A DNA stretch of 64,000 nucleotides from Octopus vulgaris (lineage: Eukaryota). The stretch covers positions 34,472,001 to 34,536,000 of the forward strand of contig OX597821.1 of the NCBI GenBank assembly GCA_951406725.2. The letters are read 5' to 3'. The translations under genes were made by a program, and so were the position numbers. Positions 26,771-39,935 of the stretch are shown piece by piece; position 1 is the stretch's first letter, and each line of letters begins with the position of its first letter. The notes below the pieces were generated by a model that ran no database searches, was not told the origin of the DNA, and worked only from the letters and a program-made list of their open reading frames with translations.

Positions 26771-27844
26771 CCTTTTAGCATTTAACCCTTTCATTACCGT
26801 ATTTATTTTGAGATGCTCTGTGTTTCTTTCAATTACTTTAAATATGACAAAGAATTTAGTAAAATAACTTAGTTATCATTAAGCTAGTGTTAGGAACATA
26901 AATTGTGACTAAGGTTTGGTGAAAGATTTTAATTCAAAACTTATGGAAACAAGACATTTGTACTAAAAAGCCTGAGCCGGTTTCAGCCGGGTTAGTAACG
27001 AAAGGGTTAAATTAGTCATATCTGGCTCAAATATTCTTTCTGTTGCTTGATTAAACTGACCAGATCCAACCTCTCACACCTATCCTATAATGTCATTCTA
27101 AAAAGAAACAAACACATCATTGAAATCTTGAAACTACAAGATAATGCATCATTAATTCAAAACAATGTGAATAAACTAGCATTATATTTGACAGAGCAAA
27201 GGCGGTGTGAGCTGGCAGAATTGTTAGCGGTATTTTGCCTGACATAATGTTCAGAGTTCAAATTCCACCGAGGTCGACTTTGCCTTTCATGCTTTCAGGG
27301 TTAATAAAATAAGTACCAGTTGAACACTGGGGTCGATGTAATCAACTTATCCCCACCTTCCCCAAGCTGCCCTTGTGGCAAAAATTTGAACTAATTATAT
27401 TAGACAGAGCAATAGGCGCAGGAGTGGCTGTGTGGTAAGTAGCTTGCTAACCAACCACATGGTTCCGGGTTCAGTCCCACTGTGTGGCAACTTGGGCAAG
27501 TGTCTTCTACTATAGCCTCGGGCCGACCAAAGCCTTGTAAGTGGATTTGGTAGATGGAAACTGAAAGAAGCCTGTCGTATATATGTATATATATATATAT
27601 GTGTGTGTGTTTGTGTTTGTGTGTCTGTGTTTGTCTCCCTAGCATTGCTTGACAACCGATGCTGGTGTGTTTATGTCCCCGTCACTTAGCGGTTCGGCAA
27701 AAGAGACCGATAGAATAAGTACTAGGCTTACAAAGAATAAGTCCCGGGGTCGATTTGCTCGACTAAAGGCGGTGCTCCAGCATGGCCGCAGTCAAATGAC
27801 TGAAACAAGTAAAGGAGTAAAAGAGTAATCTAAATGCTAAAAGA
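26771..27844 (+). mobile_element. piggyBac-type MITE I with three nested insertions (MITE H 26786-27006, SINE A ~27200-27393, SINE B 27415-27828)
   Basis: TTAA flanks; host sequence resumes after each insertion; attatatt(t/a)gacagagcaa duplicated. Confidence 0.85.
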
Positions 27845-27919
27845 TTAAATATCTTTGATGACATATGACCAATTAATTATCGTTTTATTTGTTTCACAGA
27901 ACATAAAAATATTCGTATC

Positions 27920-28302
27920 CACCCGATGGACAGAAAGACAGTTTCTATGACACCCTACTGCAGACCACCTCATTGACGAACGACAGGGACCTTCTCTTTG
28001 TGGCTGGTGATTTCAATGGGCACGTTGGACGTCATGCTGGGGGCTTCCATGGCGTACATGGAGGCTACGGTTGTGTCGGTGGCACATAAAAACACCATCC
28101 AGCGTGGCGGTTCACCAGCCTCATCTGGCACCTGTGTCGGTGGCACATAAAATCACCCACTACACTCTCGGAGTGGTTGGCGTTAGGAAGGGCATCCAGC
28201 TGTAGAAACACTGCCAGATCTGACTGGCCTGGTGCAGCCTTCGGGCTCCCCAGACCCTAGTTGAACCGTCCAACCCATGCTAGCATGGAAAGCGGACGTT
28301 AA

Positions 28303-28336
<34 letters not shown>
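27920..28336 (+). mobile_element. RTE LINE remnant: APE endonuclease fragment joined directly to the 3' UTR and (GAT)n tail
   Basis: PDGQKDSFYDTLLQTTSLTNDRDLLFVAGDFNGHVGRHAGGFHGVHGGYG then ttggcgttaggaagggcatccagc...ggacgttaaatgatgat. Confidence 0.85.
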
Positions 28337-28337
<1 letters not shown>

Positions 28338-29504
28338 CTTTGTTAAATTGTTGTCCTAATTGAGGGTGTTGGTGGTGGTGGTGTTGATGGCAGTGCTTCT
28401 GTGACGACATCATAGATTCTCCAACAGTCTTGTTGTCCCTGCTTCAACAGATGCTCACTTTTGATCAGAAGTAGTGGATCACATTAATATATTTGATTTG
28501 TTCTGTCTTGAGTGTGTTACTGGACATGGTTTCATCAGATTTAGTTAATTTTGTGATCGTTTCCATTGATACATAACAACTAAATTGTTGTTGTTGTTGT
28601 TGTTGTTGTCGTTTAGCTTCAGTGAATCTTGATTGAGCTGACCATTGATTAAAGACATCCCGCTTACAATCATCACGATCTTTCATTCAAGTACAAGAGT
28701 ATCATGGACTACATTATTCAATGTGTCATTCTTTTTTAAAGCTTGTTCAGTGTAAGTTTCATTGAAACCATACATTAATGTCTTAGAATAAGAAGACACA
28801 TTGGTCAGTGTAGTCCCTGATATACTAATCACTGAAATGGTTACTACTAGAATACTTTTGATCATAGTTTTTACCTGGGTTAAACAACTACAACTAAAAC
28901 AAAATGGGGGAACCATTACACCAGAGAGTTCTCAACTGGGGTCCTTCCCTTTGCCAACCCTCACCTGTTTTCAGGTATGGTAATATTTGCCCATGACCAG
29001 ACATGTTTTCCTGGTGACATTTATTTTTACGGCTATCACTCAAAAGTCAAAAGCAAGAAGGCAGTAACAAGCATACCATCCACACAGACACATACCTCCA
29101 TCCATCCATCCATCCAGGTGCAGGTATGGCTGTGTGGTAAGAAGCTTGCTTCCCAACCACGTGGTTCCAGGTTCAGTTCCACTGCATGGACTTTCAGCAA
29201 GTGCCTTCTACTATAGCCTCAGGCCATCCAAAGCCTTGTGAGTGGCTTTGGTAGGCAAAAACTGAAGAAGTTCGTCACATATATATATATGTTTATATAT
29301 CTGTGTGTGTGTCTGCGCTTTACATCTGGTGTTGGTGTGTTTGCATCCCCGTAACTTAGCGGTTCAGCAAAAGGAACTGATAGAATAAGTGTCAGGCTAA
29401 GAAGGAAAGCCCTGGGGTTGATTCATTTGACTAAAAATTCAAGGTGGTACTCCAGCATGACCGTAGTTAAATGACTGAAACAAGTAAAAAGATTTAAAAA
29501 ATTG

Positions 29505-29553
<49 letters not shown>

Positions 29554-29562
29554 GTATGTATG

Positions 29563-29879
29563 TGGAGGCGCAATTGCCCAGTGGTTAGGGCAGCGGACTC
29601 GCGGTTGTAGGATCGCGGTTTTGATTCCAAGACCGGGCGTTGTGAGTGTTTATTGAGCAAAAATACCTAAAGCTCCACAAGGCTCCAGCAGGTGGTGGTG
29701 GTGATCCCTGCTGTACTCTTTCGCCACAACTTTCTCTCACTCCTTCTTCTGTTGGCCCGCCCCGCTTAGCCAGCGGGGTGGCGTCATTTGAAGGCTAAAA
29801 CAATGTGAAGCGCATTGTGACCAATGACGTGTAGCAACATCTGATAGCCTGGGCGGTCATGGTGACGTATCACGGTGAT
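29563..29879 (+). mobile_element. SINE family C
   Basis: Homologous to 533-846. Confidence 0.9.
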
Positions 29880-30856
29880 ATGTATGTATGACAGACTTCT
29901 TTCTGTTTTTATCTACCAAATTCGCTGTCAAGGCTTTGGTCAAGATGCACTGTAGTGAGACCGAACCTGAAATTTTATGGTTTGGAAGCAAGCTTCTTAC
30001 CACACAGCCATACCTGCACCTATATACAGTGTTGTATTTAACAAAGTATTATCAAGTATGAATTTACAACTGGTTGACTCATATGAAGAATCTCTACACC
30101 TTGGCAGTGATAAAAATATAATGTTTATGTTGGTGTTGTGAGAATACTATTGCAAGGTCTGTCAGCCACTCATCCATGATAAGGAAATAATCTAGGAAAC
30201 AGCTACCATTATAAGACTCGTCACAGAAAGAAAAAAATGAGTATGAAATGAAAGAGAAGTTTGGTCTCGACTGCCAATCAGGATGGAACCTGCGATGCAA
30301 ATATTCAAATCATTACACATTTACCAGCTAAACACCTAAACATTCCTATCGTGTAGATATTGATTTCTTTCACAGATGTAAGGCTTCCTGCTTGCAGTGA
30401 GACGGGTAATGAAAGGGTAATGAGATTGTGTGGCATGCATGGCTTTCCTTACGGTATCAGCAAAGTAAATAAAGGAAGGAAATAACTGGAATTGTAAATC
30501 AAAACCAGGTCATGGAGTGTTTATCAGGAGCCTATCTTTAGCTCCAGGTTCCTTACTATAGCTCTCACGGAAATATTATGTTTGATATTAGTCAGAGAAT
30601 TAATTTTAAAAAATGTCAGATCCATTTTTAAACAAGTCTCAGGTTCTTTCTTTCCTTCCTTCATTTTCATCTTTCATTTCCTTCTTTCTTACATGTCAGT
30701 TCCACTTCTCCAAATACAATTCCAGTAAAGGTCATTAGACGTGTATTCACTTAAAATAATGGTAAATTTACAATTTTGGATTTGGCAAAATGCTTTTCAA
30801 ATCAATCCTTATTTCCTTGAGTGATATTCATAGACATACATACATACATACATACA

Positions 30857-30888
<32 letters not shown>

Positions 30889-30977
30889 AATATATGAATG
30901 CACACACACGCACACACTCACACATATACATACATATAGATACATACACACACATGCATGAATATGCATAGGCTGGG

Positions 30978-31292
30978 CACACCATTGATTACGAGTGTTC
31001 CAGTTGATCCAATCAATGGAACAGCCTGCTTGTGAAATTATCATGCAAGTGGCTGAGTACTCCACAGACACATGTACCCTTAATGTAGTTCTTGGGGGAC
31101 ATTCAGTGTGACACAGTGTGGGACAAGGCTGGCCCATTGAACTACAATTACAACTCATTCTCGCCAGGTGAATGGAATGGGACAATGAGAAATAAAGTGT
31201 CTTGCTCAAGGATACAATGCATAGATGGTTATCAAACCCATGACCTTACAATCAAGAGCTGAATGCATTAACCACCGAGTTATATGCCTTCA
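30978..31292 (-). mobile_element. SINE family E
   Basis: Homologous to 20078-20395. Confidence 0.8.
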
Positions 31293-31713
31293 CTACATAC
31301 ATACATATACATATATATATATCATCATCATCATTGGATGGTTTGACCAGGGCTGGTAAGCTGAGGGTTGCACCAGACTCTAGTCTTATTTGGCATGGTT
31401 TCTAAGGCTGGATGACCTTCCTGGTGTCAGCCCCTCTGAGAGTGTAATGGGTGCTTTTACTTGCCATCAGCACTGGGGCAAGTTTGCATTACACCAGTAT
31501 CTGCCATGACTACAATTTCACTTGGCTTGATGGGTCTTCTTCTCAAGCACTGCATATTGCCAAAGGTCTTGGTCATTTGACATTGCCTCTGTAAGGCCCA
31601 GTGCTTGAAAGGTACTTTTACATGCCTCTGTCACGGGTGCTAGTTATGTAACACCAACATTTGTAAATTAATTTTGAAAATAAGTAAGATTTTGTAAAGA
31701 TCTAATAAAATGA

Positions 31714-32139
31714 GGATCTTTTCGGTTTGAATGGCAGTTTTTTCTAGCGGTGTCATAATTATGACCCTAGTATTGATTTATTGCATTTCATTCTGTTTTA
31801 GGGTTAGGGTTAGTTAGGGTTAGGGTTAGGGTTGGGGTTAGGGGTGGGGGAAGGGTATCTTTTTTTCTTCAAAAATGTAAATAAACCCAATCTGTTTCTT
31901 AAACGAGGGACATATTCATACGGCACAGAATGTTTTTTACCTCAATGGATGTCAGTGATTGGTTGAAATTGCAGAAATTGAAGAAATAAAACAACAAATA
32001 TCTTACAAACTATAGAATTTTCTCAATAAAGCCAAGAGAAAAAGATGTTTTATAAACACATTCTACCAGTATAGGAAGTTTAAAATTTTTTAGTTACTTA
32101 GAAATTATTTAAAAACTGTCCTTCAAACCAAAAAGATCC
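31714..32139. mobile_element. MITE family G with (TTAGGG)n
   Basis: TIRs; exact 8-bp TSD taaaatga. Confidence 0.92.
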
Positions 32140-32457
32140 TAAAATGATACTACTGAGGTTTACGTTGTTAATCTGGTATGTGCAATATATAAGATTATGA
32201 TGAAAGGTTTTAGTGTGTATACAAACCCAGATGTTTGCTTTGAAGTTACATGGTAGGGTTTGATTACATTATGTGGCATCTTAGTCATGTACTTTGGGCT
32301 AATTAATAAATGCAGTGTGAGAAGAATTGATAGACAGAAACTGTTTGGAAGCCTTGGCGTGTGTGTGTGTGTTTGTGGACTCTGCATGCTTTCATGTTTA
32401 AGCACAAATGGTGTTTCATCATTCAACAGATGAGGAACAGTGAAATAAAAATACCTT

Positions 32458-33035
32458 TGTAAGAATTAACACTTCCTTCTCTAAGCTTAGATTCGAACCT
32501 GAATCCAAGAATTCTCAGTCGTCCAAACCACGACGATCAACAGGTGCGAAAAAAGGTTTCTTTGTCCTGTCGAAAATTGATTGATCATCTCCCTTTGACC
32601 TGGGACCTTAGCATGTCAGGCGAAGTTCAACTGGACAAGCGCTGACCTATTTAGGTACTAACTCTGCTGCAGTATGTCTGTCTTTCTAGCTGCCACTTTT
32701 TATTATAAATACAAGGGTGAAACAGAAAGGCAGGCAGACAATCGCAGCAGACATACAAGATAGATCTATCGACGACCCAAGTTTTTGGCAGATGACAGAG
32801 ACAGAGAGAAATGTTCAAAGTGCCGATAGACTACTTTTTCGAATGAAACACGCACACACGCACACACACAAACATATTCATTCCTAATATGACTTCCACG
32901 AATGTACTATGTATTTCTAGCAACTTGTAGCAGTTGCCTACATTTGTATGTAGTGTACCTATAACCTTGTAAATAAATTCCTTTCAATCATGAATCGGTT
33001 TACGTATTTGTTTACATACACACCTAACCACTACA
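32458..33035 (+). mobile_element. Solo LTR (Ty3/Gypsy-like)
   Basis: TGTAA...CTACA termini, 4-bp TSD cctt, TATAAATA ~32704, AATAAA ~32972; interrupts an old RTE-tail repeat. Confidence 0.8.
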
Positions 33036-33275
33036 CCTTGCTTGGAAAACGAGGGTTGGCAACAGGAAGAGCATCTGGCCAAAGATAAACTGCCTCACTA
33101 AGTTTTATCTAGCCCATACCAGTGTGGAAAAAAATTAACGAGAAATGGCGACGGGCAATGCTGCTGCTGCTGCTGATGATGATGATTATGAATGCTTTAA
33201 CATTAATGGTTTGTTTATTGTAACATCAGAGAGGTCTGGAACGGGTTGATATCAAGAGAATTTAATATGTGACAA

Positions 33276-33308
<33 letters not shown>

Positions 33309-33566
33309 CTGGAATATTCATCTCTCTTTATATCTGTACTCTGAGGTATATTTACTTTGTACTAATACTGATGAAAGTGTTTGGCACTGTGTGATTAGTT
33401 TCAATGGTGTTGGTTGGTGGTGTCGGTGGTGGTGGTGGTGGTGGTGGTTTTCCTCTATGTTTACAACACTGAGAAACGCTGGTTATTAGTCGGACCAGTG
33501 TATTGTTGCTAGCATGAGAGTTAATAATGTTATTAGTACTTATCTCGTAATTGCTTATTCATTAGT

Positions 33567-33937
33567 GTTGCTGTTGCCTAGCTCCTGTTAACCCTCATCA
33601 AACAGACCTATGCTCTAAAGCGTTCCAGTTTTGAACATCCTGTCTATTTTTACAGACATATCTAGAATTACAATGTTTATTTCGTGTTTTTTTTGGTTTT
33701 TTTTCAAAAGCAGTAGGATGGAATTTGATAGAGACTTTGCTGCTATTTCTAGCAGGCCAAATAACCCTGTTGAAGCATTCTTGTTGGCTTGATTTTGTTG
33801 TTAGCATTGTCTCATTACCATGTAGGATTATACTATCCAAATGCATCATTTCCTTTTTTTAAGACAGCTGGGTTTAACTTGAAGGAGATTTTGGTTGCTA
33901 TTTCCAGCAGGTTGAGTGACCACTTAGAGGGATCCTT
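33567..33937 (-). mobile_element. Two adjacent family J repeats
   Basis: ctgctatttctagcag (perfect GAAA hairpin on the minus strand) and ttgctatttccagcaggttgagtgaccac. Confidence 0.65.
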
Positions 33938-34399
33938 ATTGTTGTGGCTGGTGGTGGTGGTGGTGGTAGTGGTGGTTATTCTAATACTATTGCTAACATT
34001 ACTGGTTTAGTCATGGTGATTGTCTTTATTGATGTTTGGAGCTGATAATGATGTTTTTACGATGATCTTCAAATTCCATTTTGTTTTTGTATCTATTTCT
34101 TTTTTATTTATTGTTATTCATTTTTATCTGAAATAATAACATGTCTACTCACTATAACTGTTTGCTGAGAATTCAGTTTATATAATTTTGTTTCTCTCTC
34201 TCTCTCTCTCTCTTTTCCAAACACCTCCCGCGGGTCCTCACAGTCTGTTTCCTCTCTGTCTATTTATCTACCTGTCTACCTGTTTCTGTCTCTTCCTTCT
34301 TCCCTGACCTAGTCTCATCTACTGCAGTAAATTTATAGTATTGGTTTATGTGACAATATTTCATTGTTGTAAATACATGATGTTTACTAATGAATCTTG

Positions 34400-35560
34400 A
34401 TGTCCAAATCTTCCCAGAGTCAACTTTGCCTTTTGTCCTTTTGAGGGAGATCAAATAATGTACCAGTCAAGTACTGGGGGTCGATATATCAACTAAACCC
34501 TTCCCTCAAAATTTCTGGATTTTCACTTTAATTAGAAATAGCAATTATTATTACTATTGCAAAAAAGGCAGCGGGCTGGCAGAATCGTTAGCGCACTGGG
34601 CAAAATGTTTAGCAGTATTTCTACCATCTTTATTTTCTGAGTTCAAGTTCTGCTGAGGTTGACTTTGCCTTTTATCCTTTTGAGATTGATAACTTAAGTA
34701 CCAGTTGCATACTGGGGGATGTTGATGGGATCGACTTTTTCCCTCTCCCAAAATTTCAGCCCTTGTGCCTATAGTAGAAAGGATTATTATTATTGTAAAA
34801 AAATGCAGTGATCTGGCAGAATAGTTAGCACACCAGGCAAGGCGCTTAGTGGCATTTCGTTTGTCTTTATGTTCTGAGTTCAAATTCTGCTGAGGTGAAC
34901 TTTGCTGTTCATCCTTTCAGGGTCAATAAAATAAGTATGAGTTGTGCACTGGGGGTCAATGTAATCAACTATTCCTCTACCCCAAAATTTCAGACCTTGT
35001 GCCTATAACAGGAAGGATTATTACTATTGTAAATATTATTTGGTAGAACAGGAGTTCTCAACCACTTTGATTACTATTTTATTCTGGTAGACCCCTTAGC
35101 CATTCAGTGTTTAAAAACTAGTTTTATAGGAACTTCTTTCAAAATTCCTCTTCTTTTTTACACATTAACTTGTGTAGGTTGAACTATGTAAAACATTAGA
35201 GAAAGAAGCCTAGCTGTTTCTTGCAATACATACCAATGCATACCCTTAAAGCAGAATCTTTTCAAAGGCCCTTAAAATACTATTGTGGAACCCCATTTTA
35301 CTATTTTGTTTTGTGAACCCCTAAAATCTTATATGGACCCTGGTTGAGAACCCCTATGTTAGAACGTCAGACAAAATACTTTGTAGCATTTAGTTACAGT
35401 TATAGTCCTTTATGATGTGAGATCAAATCTTGCTGAGGGCAACTTTGAATTTTATTCCTCTGGGGGCTTGATAAAATAAAGTACCAGTCTAAAATCGGGG
35501 TCAATTTAATTAACTATGCTCCTCATTTGGAAATCTGTGGCTTTGTGCTTATTGGGAGAA
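34400..35560 (+). mobile_element. Head-to-tail array of about four older SINE A-like copies
   Basis: Units begin near 34400 (partial), 34565, 34805 and 35040, separated by attattattgtaaa-like tails. Confidence 0.75.
35049..35356. mobile_element. hAT (Charlie-like) MITE
   Basis: caggagttctcaacc...ggttgagaaccccta; 8-bp TSD tggtagaa/tgttagaa. Confidence 0.85.
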
Positions 35561-36288
35561 TTTTTTATTATCTGAAATGTATGTGATTTGAATAAATGGT
35601 CCAACTTTCAGTATGCACATCTGAACAGGAGAATACAGCTGGGAGAGGGCACTTGCCTTTAGCAATAAGGACAGTCTAATAATCTGTGGGGTTTGCAGAT
35701 TGGCCACAGGGATATTTCATTTCACTTCTGATATGTTCTTGTTTTTCAAACCCATTCTCTTGTACTAGATTCCATGTAAACCCTCACTGTTTCCGAGCAC
35801 TGGGATCGGTGTAGTCGACTAACCTCCTGTTGCAAAATTTTAGACCTTATACCTATAGTAGAAAGAATTGGTACTGTTGCGTTGTTCCTACTGCTGTCAT
35901 TGTCACCATCATCATCATCATTATCATCATGAAAACCATCATCATCATCAGCAGCAGCAGCAGTAGTGGAACTAGTAGTATTAGAATTATGGAATGATTC
36001 TTGTAGTAGCATTTTGTTTTATGTTTGTACTACTTAGTTTTGAACGGATAGATTGATATCTAACGGGACGGAAATGTTCTTTTATTGTCAATTCACATGT
36101 CAAAAACACATCTCTTTTTGTAGATTGTTATGTATATATATATCTCACCCCTACACAGTTCTTCTTACTTCCTTACACATGAAATTACCATTTTCTCATT
36201 CCTTCTGCCATTATTAATGTTGTTTCTTTCTTAGAAACTCTAAAGACAATGGTGGCAGCCATGGTGGTAGTGGTGTTGGTGGTGGTGT

Positions 36289-36319
<31 letters not shown>

Positions 36320-36799
36320 GATTGTTGTTTCCAACATAGAAACAAGGCAAGAAATTTTGGGGGAGGTGGTTAGTTAATTCCATTGACTTCAATCCTTGAC
36401 TTGAACTTTATTTTATCAATGCCAAAAAGATGAAAGGCGAATTGATCCTTGACTGGATTTGAAGTTAGAACATAAAGGGCCAGAGAAATGTTGTTAAGGC
36501 ATTTGCTTCTGACACTAAACAATTCTGCCAATTCATTGACCGGGTATCAATTCTTTCTAATATTTGGCAAAAAAAAAAAGAAAAAGTAATTAATTATGGA
36601 GGAAATGGGAAGTTGATTACTTCGATTTCAATCCCAGATCCCAACTAATATTCATTTTATTGACCCTGAAAGGATGAAAGGCAAGCTCAGCCACATCAGC
36701 ATTTGAACTCAGAACCTCAAGAGCTAGAAGAAATGCTGCAAAGTATTTCGTCTAGTGCTTTAACAATTCTGCCAGCTTACTAGCTGACAGTGTATTGAG

Positions 36800-37660
36800 A
36801 TGTTAGCTGAGTGTGTGACTCTGAAATAATAGGAGAGCAATATGAACTCAAACCAGAGGCTGTGACAGGGAATAAGAATTGTAGGATCTTATGGGACCTC
36901 CCCATAAAGACTGACTGTACTTTTGAATTAAGAAGCCCAGGTATAATTATAGAAGACAGAATAAAGAAATAGTGTAAAATCATAGACTTTGTAATTTTCT
37001 GTAATAACACCAAAGAAAATGGAAAAAAAAAAAAAAAACTGCGAAATATCCGGACCTAGCCAGAGAATGGAAGAAACTGTTGAAGACTAAGACAGCAATT
37101 ATTCCTGTGGTAATTAATGTACATGGCACAACACCCAAAATGTTATCTAATGTTATCAAAATGTTAGGCGCAGGAGTGGCTGTGTGGTAAGTAGCTTGAT
37201 TACCAACCACATGGTTTCGGGTTCAGTCCCACTGCATGGCACCTTGGGCAAGTGTCTTCTACTATAGCGTCAGGCCGACCAAAGCCTTGTGAGTGGATTT
37301 GGTAGACGGAAACTGAAAGAAGCCCGTCGTATATATGTATGTGTGTATGTTTGTGTATCTGTGTTTGTCCCCCCAACATCGCTTGACAACTGATGCTGGT
37401 GTACTTGCGTCCCCGTAACTTAGCGGTTCGGCAAAAGAGACCGATAGAATAAGTACTAGGCTTACACAGAATAAGTTCTGGGGTCGATTTGCTCGACTAA
37501 AGGCGGTGCTCCAGCATGGCCGCAGTCAAATGACTGAAACAAGTAAAAGAGTAAGAGACTGCAAGAGATTGGAATTGAGACCTGTGTTGTTGACCACAGA
37601 AGAATACCATCCTATATTCTACAAGAATTCTAAGGAAGATTCTTGAGATTTGAGGAGACT
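36800..37660 (+). pseudogene. R4/Dong-like LINE restriction-like endonuclease C-terminus, split by SINE B (37166-37556)
   Basis: CRILWDLPIKTD..RSPGIIIEDR..CKIIDF..KYPDLAREWKKL..IIPVVINVHGTTPK ... ILYSTRILRKILEI*. Confidence 0.8.
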
Positions 37661-38196
37661 TGTTGTCATCAAGCCTCAAGATAACATTCTTGCTAGTTGA
37701 ATTGCAGAAGCAACAACAACCAGTGGTTTCACATTGTGGCACAGGGACAGCAGTTTTTGCGGGGAAAGAGGAAGCTGGTTACATCAAACCCAGTACTTGA
37801 TTGGTACCTATTTTATTGACCCTGAAAGAATGTAAGGCAAAGTTTCCCTTGGTGGAATTTGAACTTTACATTCTGAGTTCAAATTCCATTGAAGTTGACT
37901 TTGTGGTTCAACCTTTCAGGGGAGATAAATTCTTGTACCCTTATAGAGTACTGGAGTTGAGGTAATCGACTTGCACTCCCTCTCTTAAAATTTTAGGACT
38001 CATGCCTATAGTAGAAAGGATTATTATCATTACTTGTAGTAGTAGTAGTAGTAGAAGTAGTGGTGGTGGTGGTGGTGGTGGTAGTGGTAGTAGTTATAGT
38101 AGTAGTAGTAGAGTTATCAAATACCATTTTCCATTGCTTATAAGATACATTTCCTCTTGAGAAAAAGTCCTAAAAAAAATCACTACGACTCTTAAA

Positions 38197-38496
38197 CCTT
38201 TTAGCATTTAAACTGGCCATATCAGGCCAAAATATTCTACTTATATTTTGTTCAAACCAGTCAGATCTGACCTCTCACACCTACCTTACAATGTCATTGT
38301 AAAAGTAAACAATCACATCATCACAATCTTGAAGCCATGAGTAGCTGTGTGGTAAGCAGCTTGCTTACCAACCACATAGTTCTGGGTTCAGTCCCACTGC
38401 ATGGCACCTTGAGTAAGTGCCTTCTACTACAGCCTCGGGCTGACCAAAGCCTTGTGAGTGGATTTGGAAGATGGAAACTGAAAGAAGCCTGTCGTG

Positions 38497-38541
<45 letters not shown>

Positions 38542-38756
38542 CATTTTGTACCCCCTACATCGCTTGACAACTGATGCTGGTATGCTTTTGTCCCTGTAAC
38601 TTAGCAATTCAGCAAAAGAGACTGATAGAATAAGGACTAGGCTTACAAAAAATAAGTCCTGGGGTTGATTTGTTCAACTAAAGGCAGTCAAATGACTGAT
38701 ACAAATAAAAGAGTAATAAGCATTACATTTGACAGAGTAATCTGAATGCTTAAGGG
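38197..38756 (+). mobile_element. MITE I interrupted by SINE B (~38340-38715)
   Basis: ccttttagcatttaaac...tctgaatgcttaagggttaa. Confidence 0.8.
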
Positions 38757-38789
38757 TTAATCACTAAAAGATCTCAACTTTAAATATAT

Positions 38790-39019
38790 ATTTCTTTACT
38801 ACCCACAAGGGGCTAAACATAGAGGGGACAAACAAGGACAGACAAAGGGATTAAGTCGATTACATCGACCCCAGTGTGAAACTGGTACTTTATTTATTGA
38901 CCCCGAAAGGATGAAAGGTAAAGTCGACCTCGGCAGAATTTGAACTTAGAACGTAACGACAGACGAAATACCGCTAAGCATTTCGCCCGGCGTGCTAACG
39001 TTTCTGCCAGCTCGCCGCC
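38790..39019 (-). mobile_element. SINE family A, full length, with TSD
   Basis: ctcaactt(t/a)aaatata on both flanks. Confidence 0.92.
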
Positions 39020-39690
39020 CTCAACTTAAAATATAGTTTGACAGCTAAGTCCAGTCCTTCCTGGAGTCCCCAGTCTAGGAAGGTAAGCCTAATTTATATG
39101 AGCTTGAGGTGATCTTAGGTGGATTTTCCCAGTTTGAAATGACTCAGGTAATCCTTTCTACAGAGCTGTTGAAACTTTAGAAAAGTCTCTAAAAACAAGT
39201 TTTTTCACAAACACATGGGGCTTCCAAATCTTCAATTATTCAACTATTGATGAATGCAACACATGCATCAGACGTTTGCTTGTAGCTGCACATGTAGGAT
39301 CAATGAATGACAGAACTTGCATGATGTGACTATTATTAGACTGAAACCCAACCCAAGGTCACCCATAAACAGTATTGCTGACATAAGCATGTTGCACCAG
39401 CTGGCCAGAGGGCTGATCTAAAAGTTTAGTTTATTTGTGTGTGTGTGTGTGCTTTTGTATGTGCATGTGTGTGATGTGTGTTTACGTATAAATAAATGTT
39501 TGTGTGTGTGTATATATGTGTGTGTGTTTGTGTGTGCATGTGTGCATGCGTGCACACACACACATATGCACATACAAATTACTTATGTTAACAGTGTTTT
39601 ACCTGAATGCTATATTTGTGCTATTGAATATATTTATAGACATTTAACCAGCATTGTATGTATAGACAGATGTAACCACCTTGTCTTTAA

Positions 39691-39910
39691 CCCTTTAGTG
39701 TTTAAACCGGCCATACCCGGCCAAAATATTCTACCTATTTTATGTTCAAACTAGTCAGATATGGTCATTCATAGCTACCTTATTGTGTCATTTTAAAAAT
39801 AAACAATCACATCATTGAAATCTCAAAGCTATGAAATGATGCAAGATTAATTTTACATGGTGTGAATACATAAGCTTTACATTTGACAGAATAATCTGAA
39901 TGCTAAAGGG
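39691..39910 (+). mobile_element. piggyBac-type MITE I
   Basis: ttaa-ccctttag...ctaaaggg-ttaa; other copies ~40872-41103 and ~46441-46660. Confidence 0.88.
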
Positions 39911-39935
39911 TTAAAGGAAATATCATTATGGGATT

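Noticed and set aside
31798-31848. True telomere or chromosome-fusion site
   Set aside because: Short tract internal to MITE G and present in all four copies
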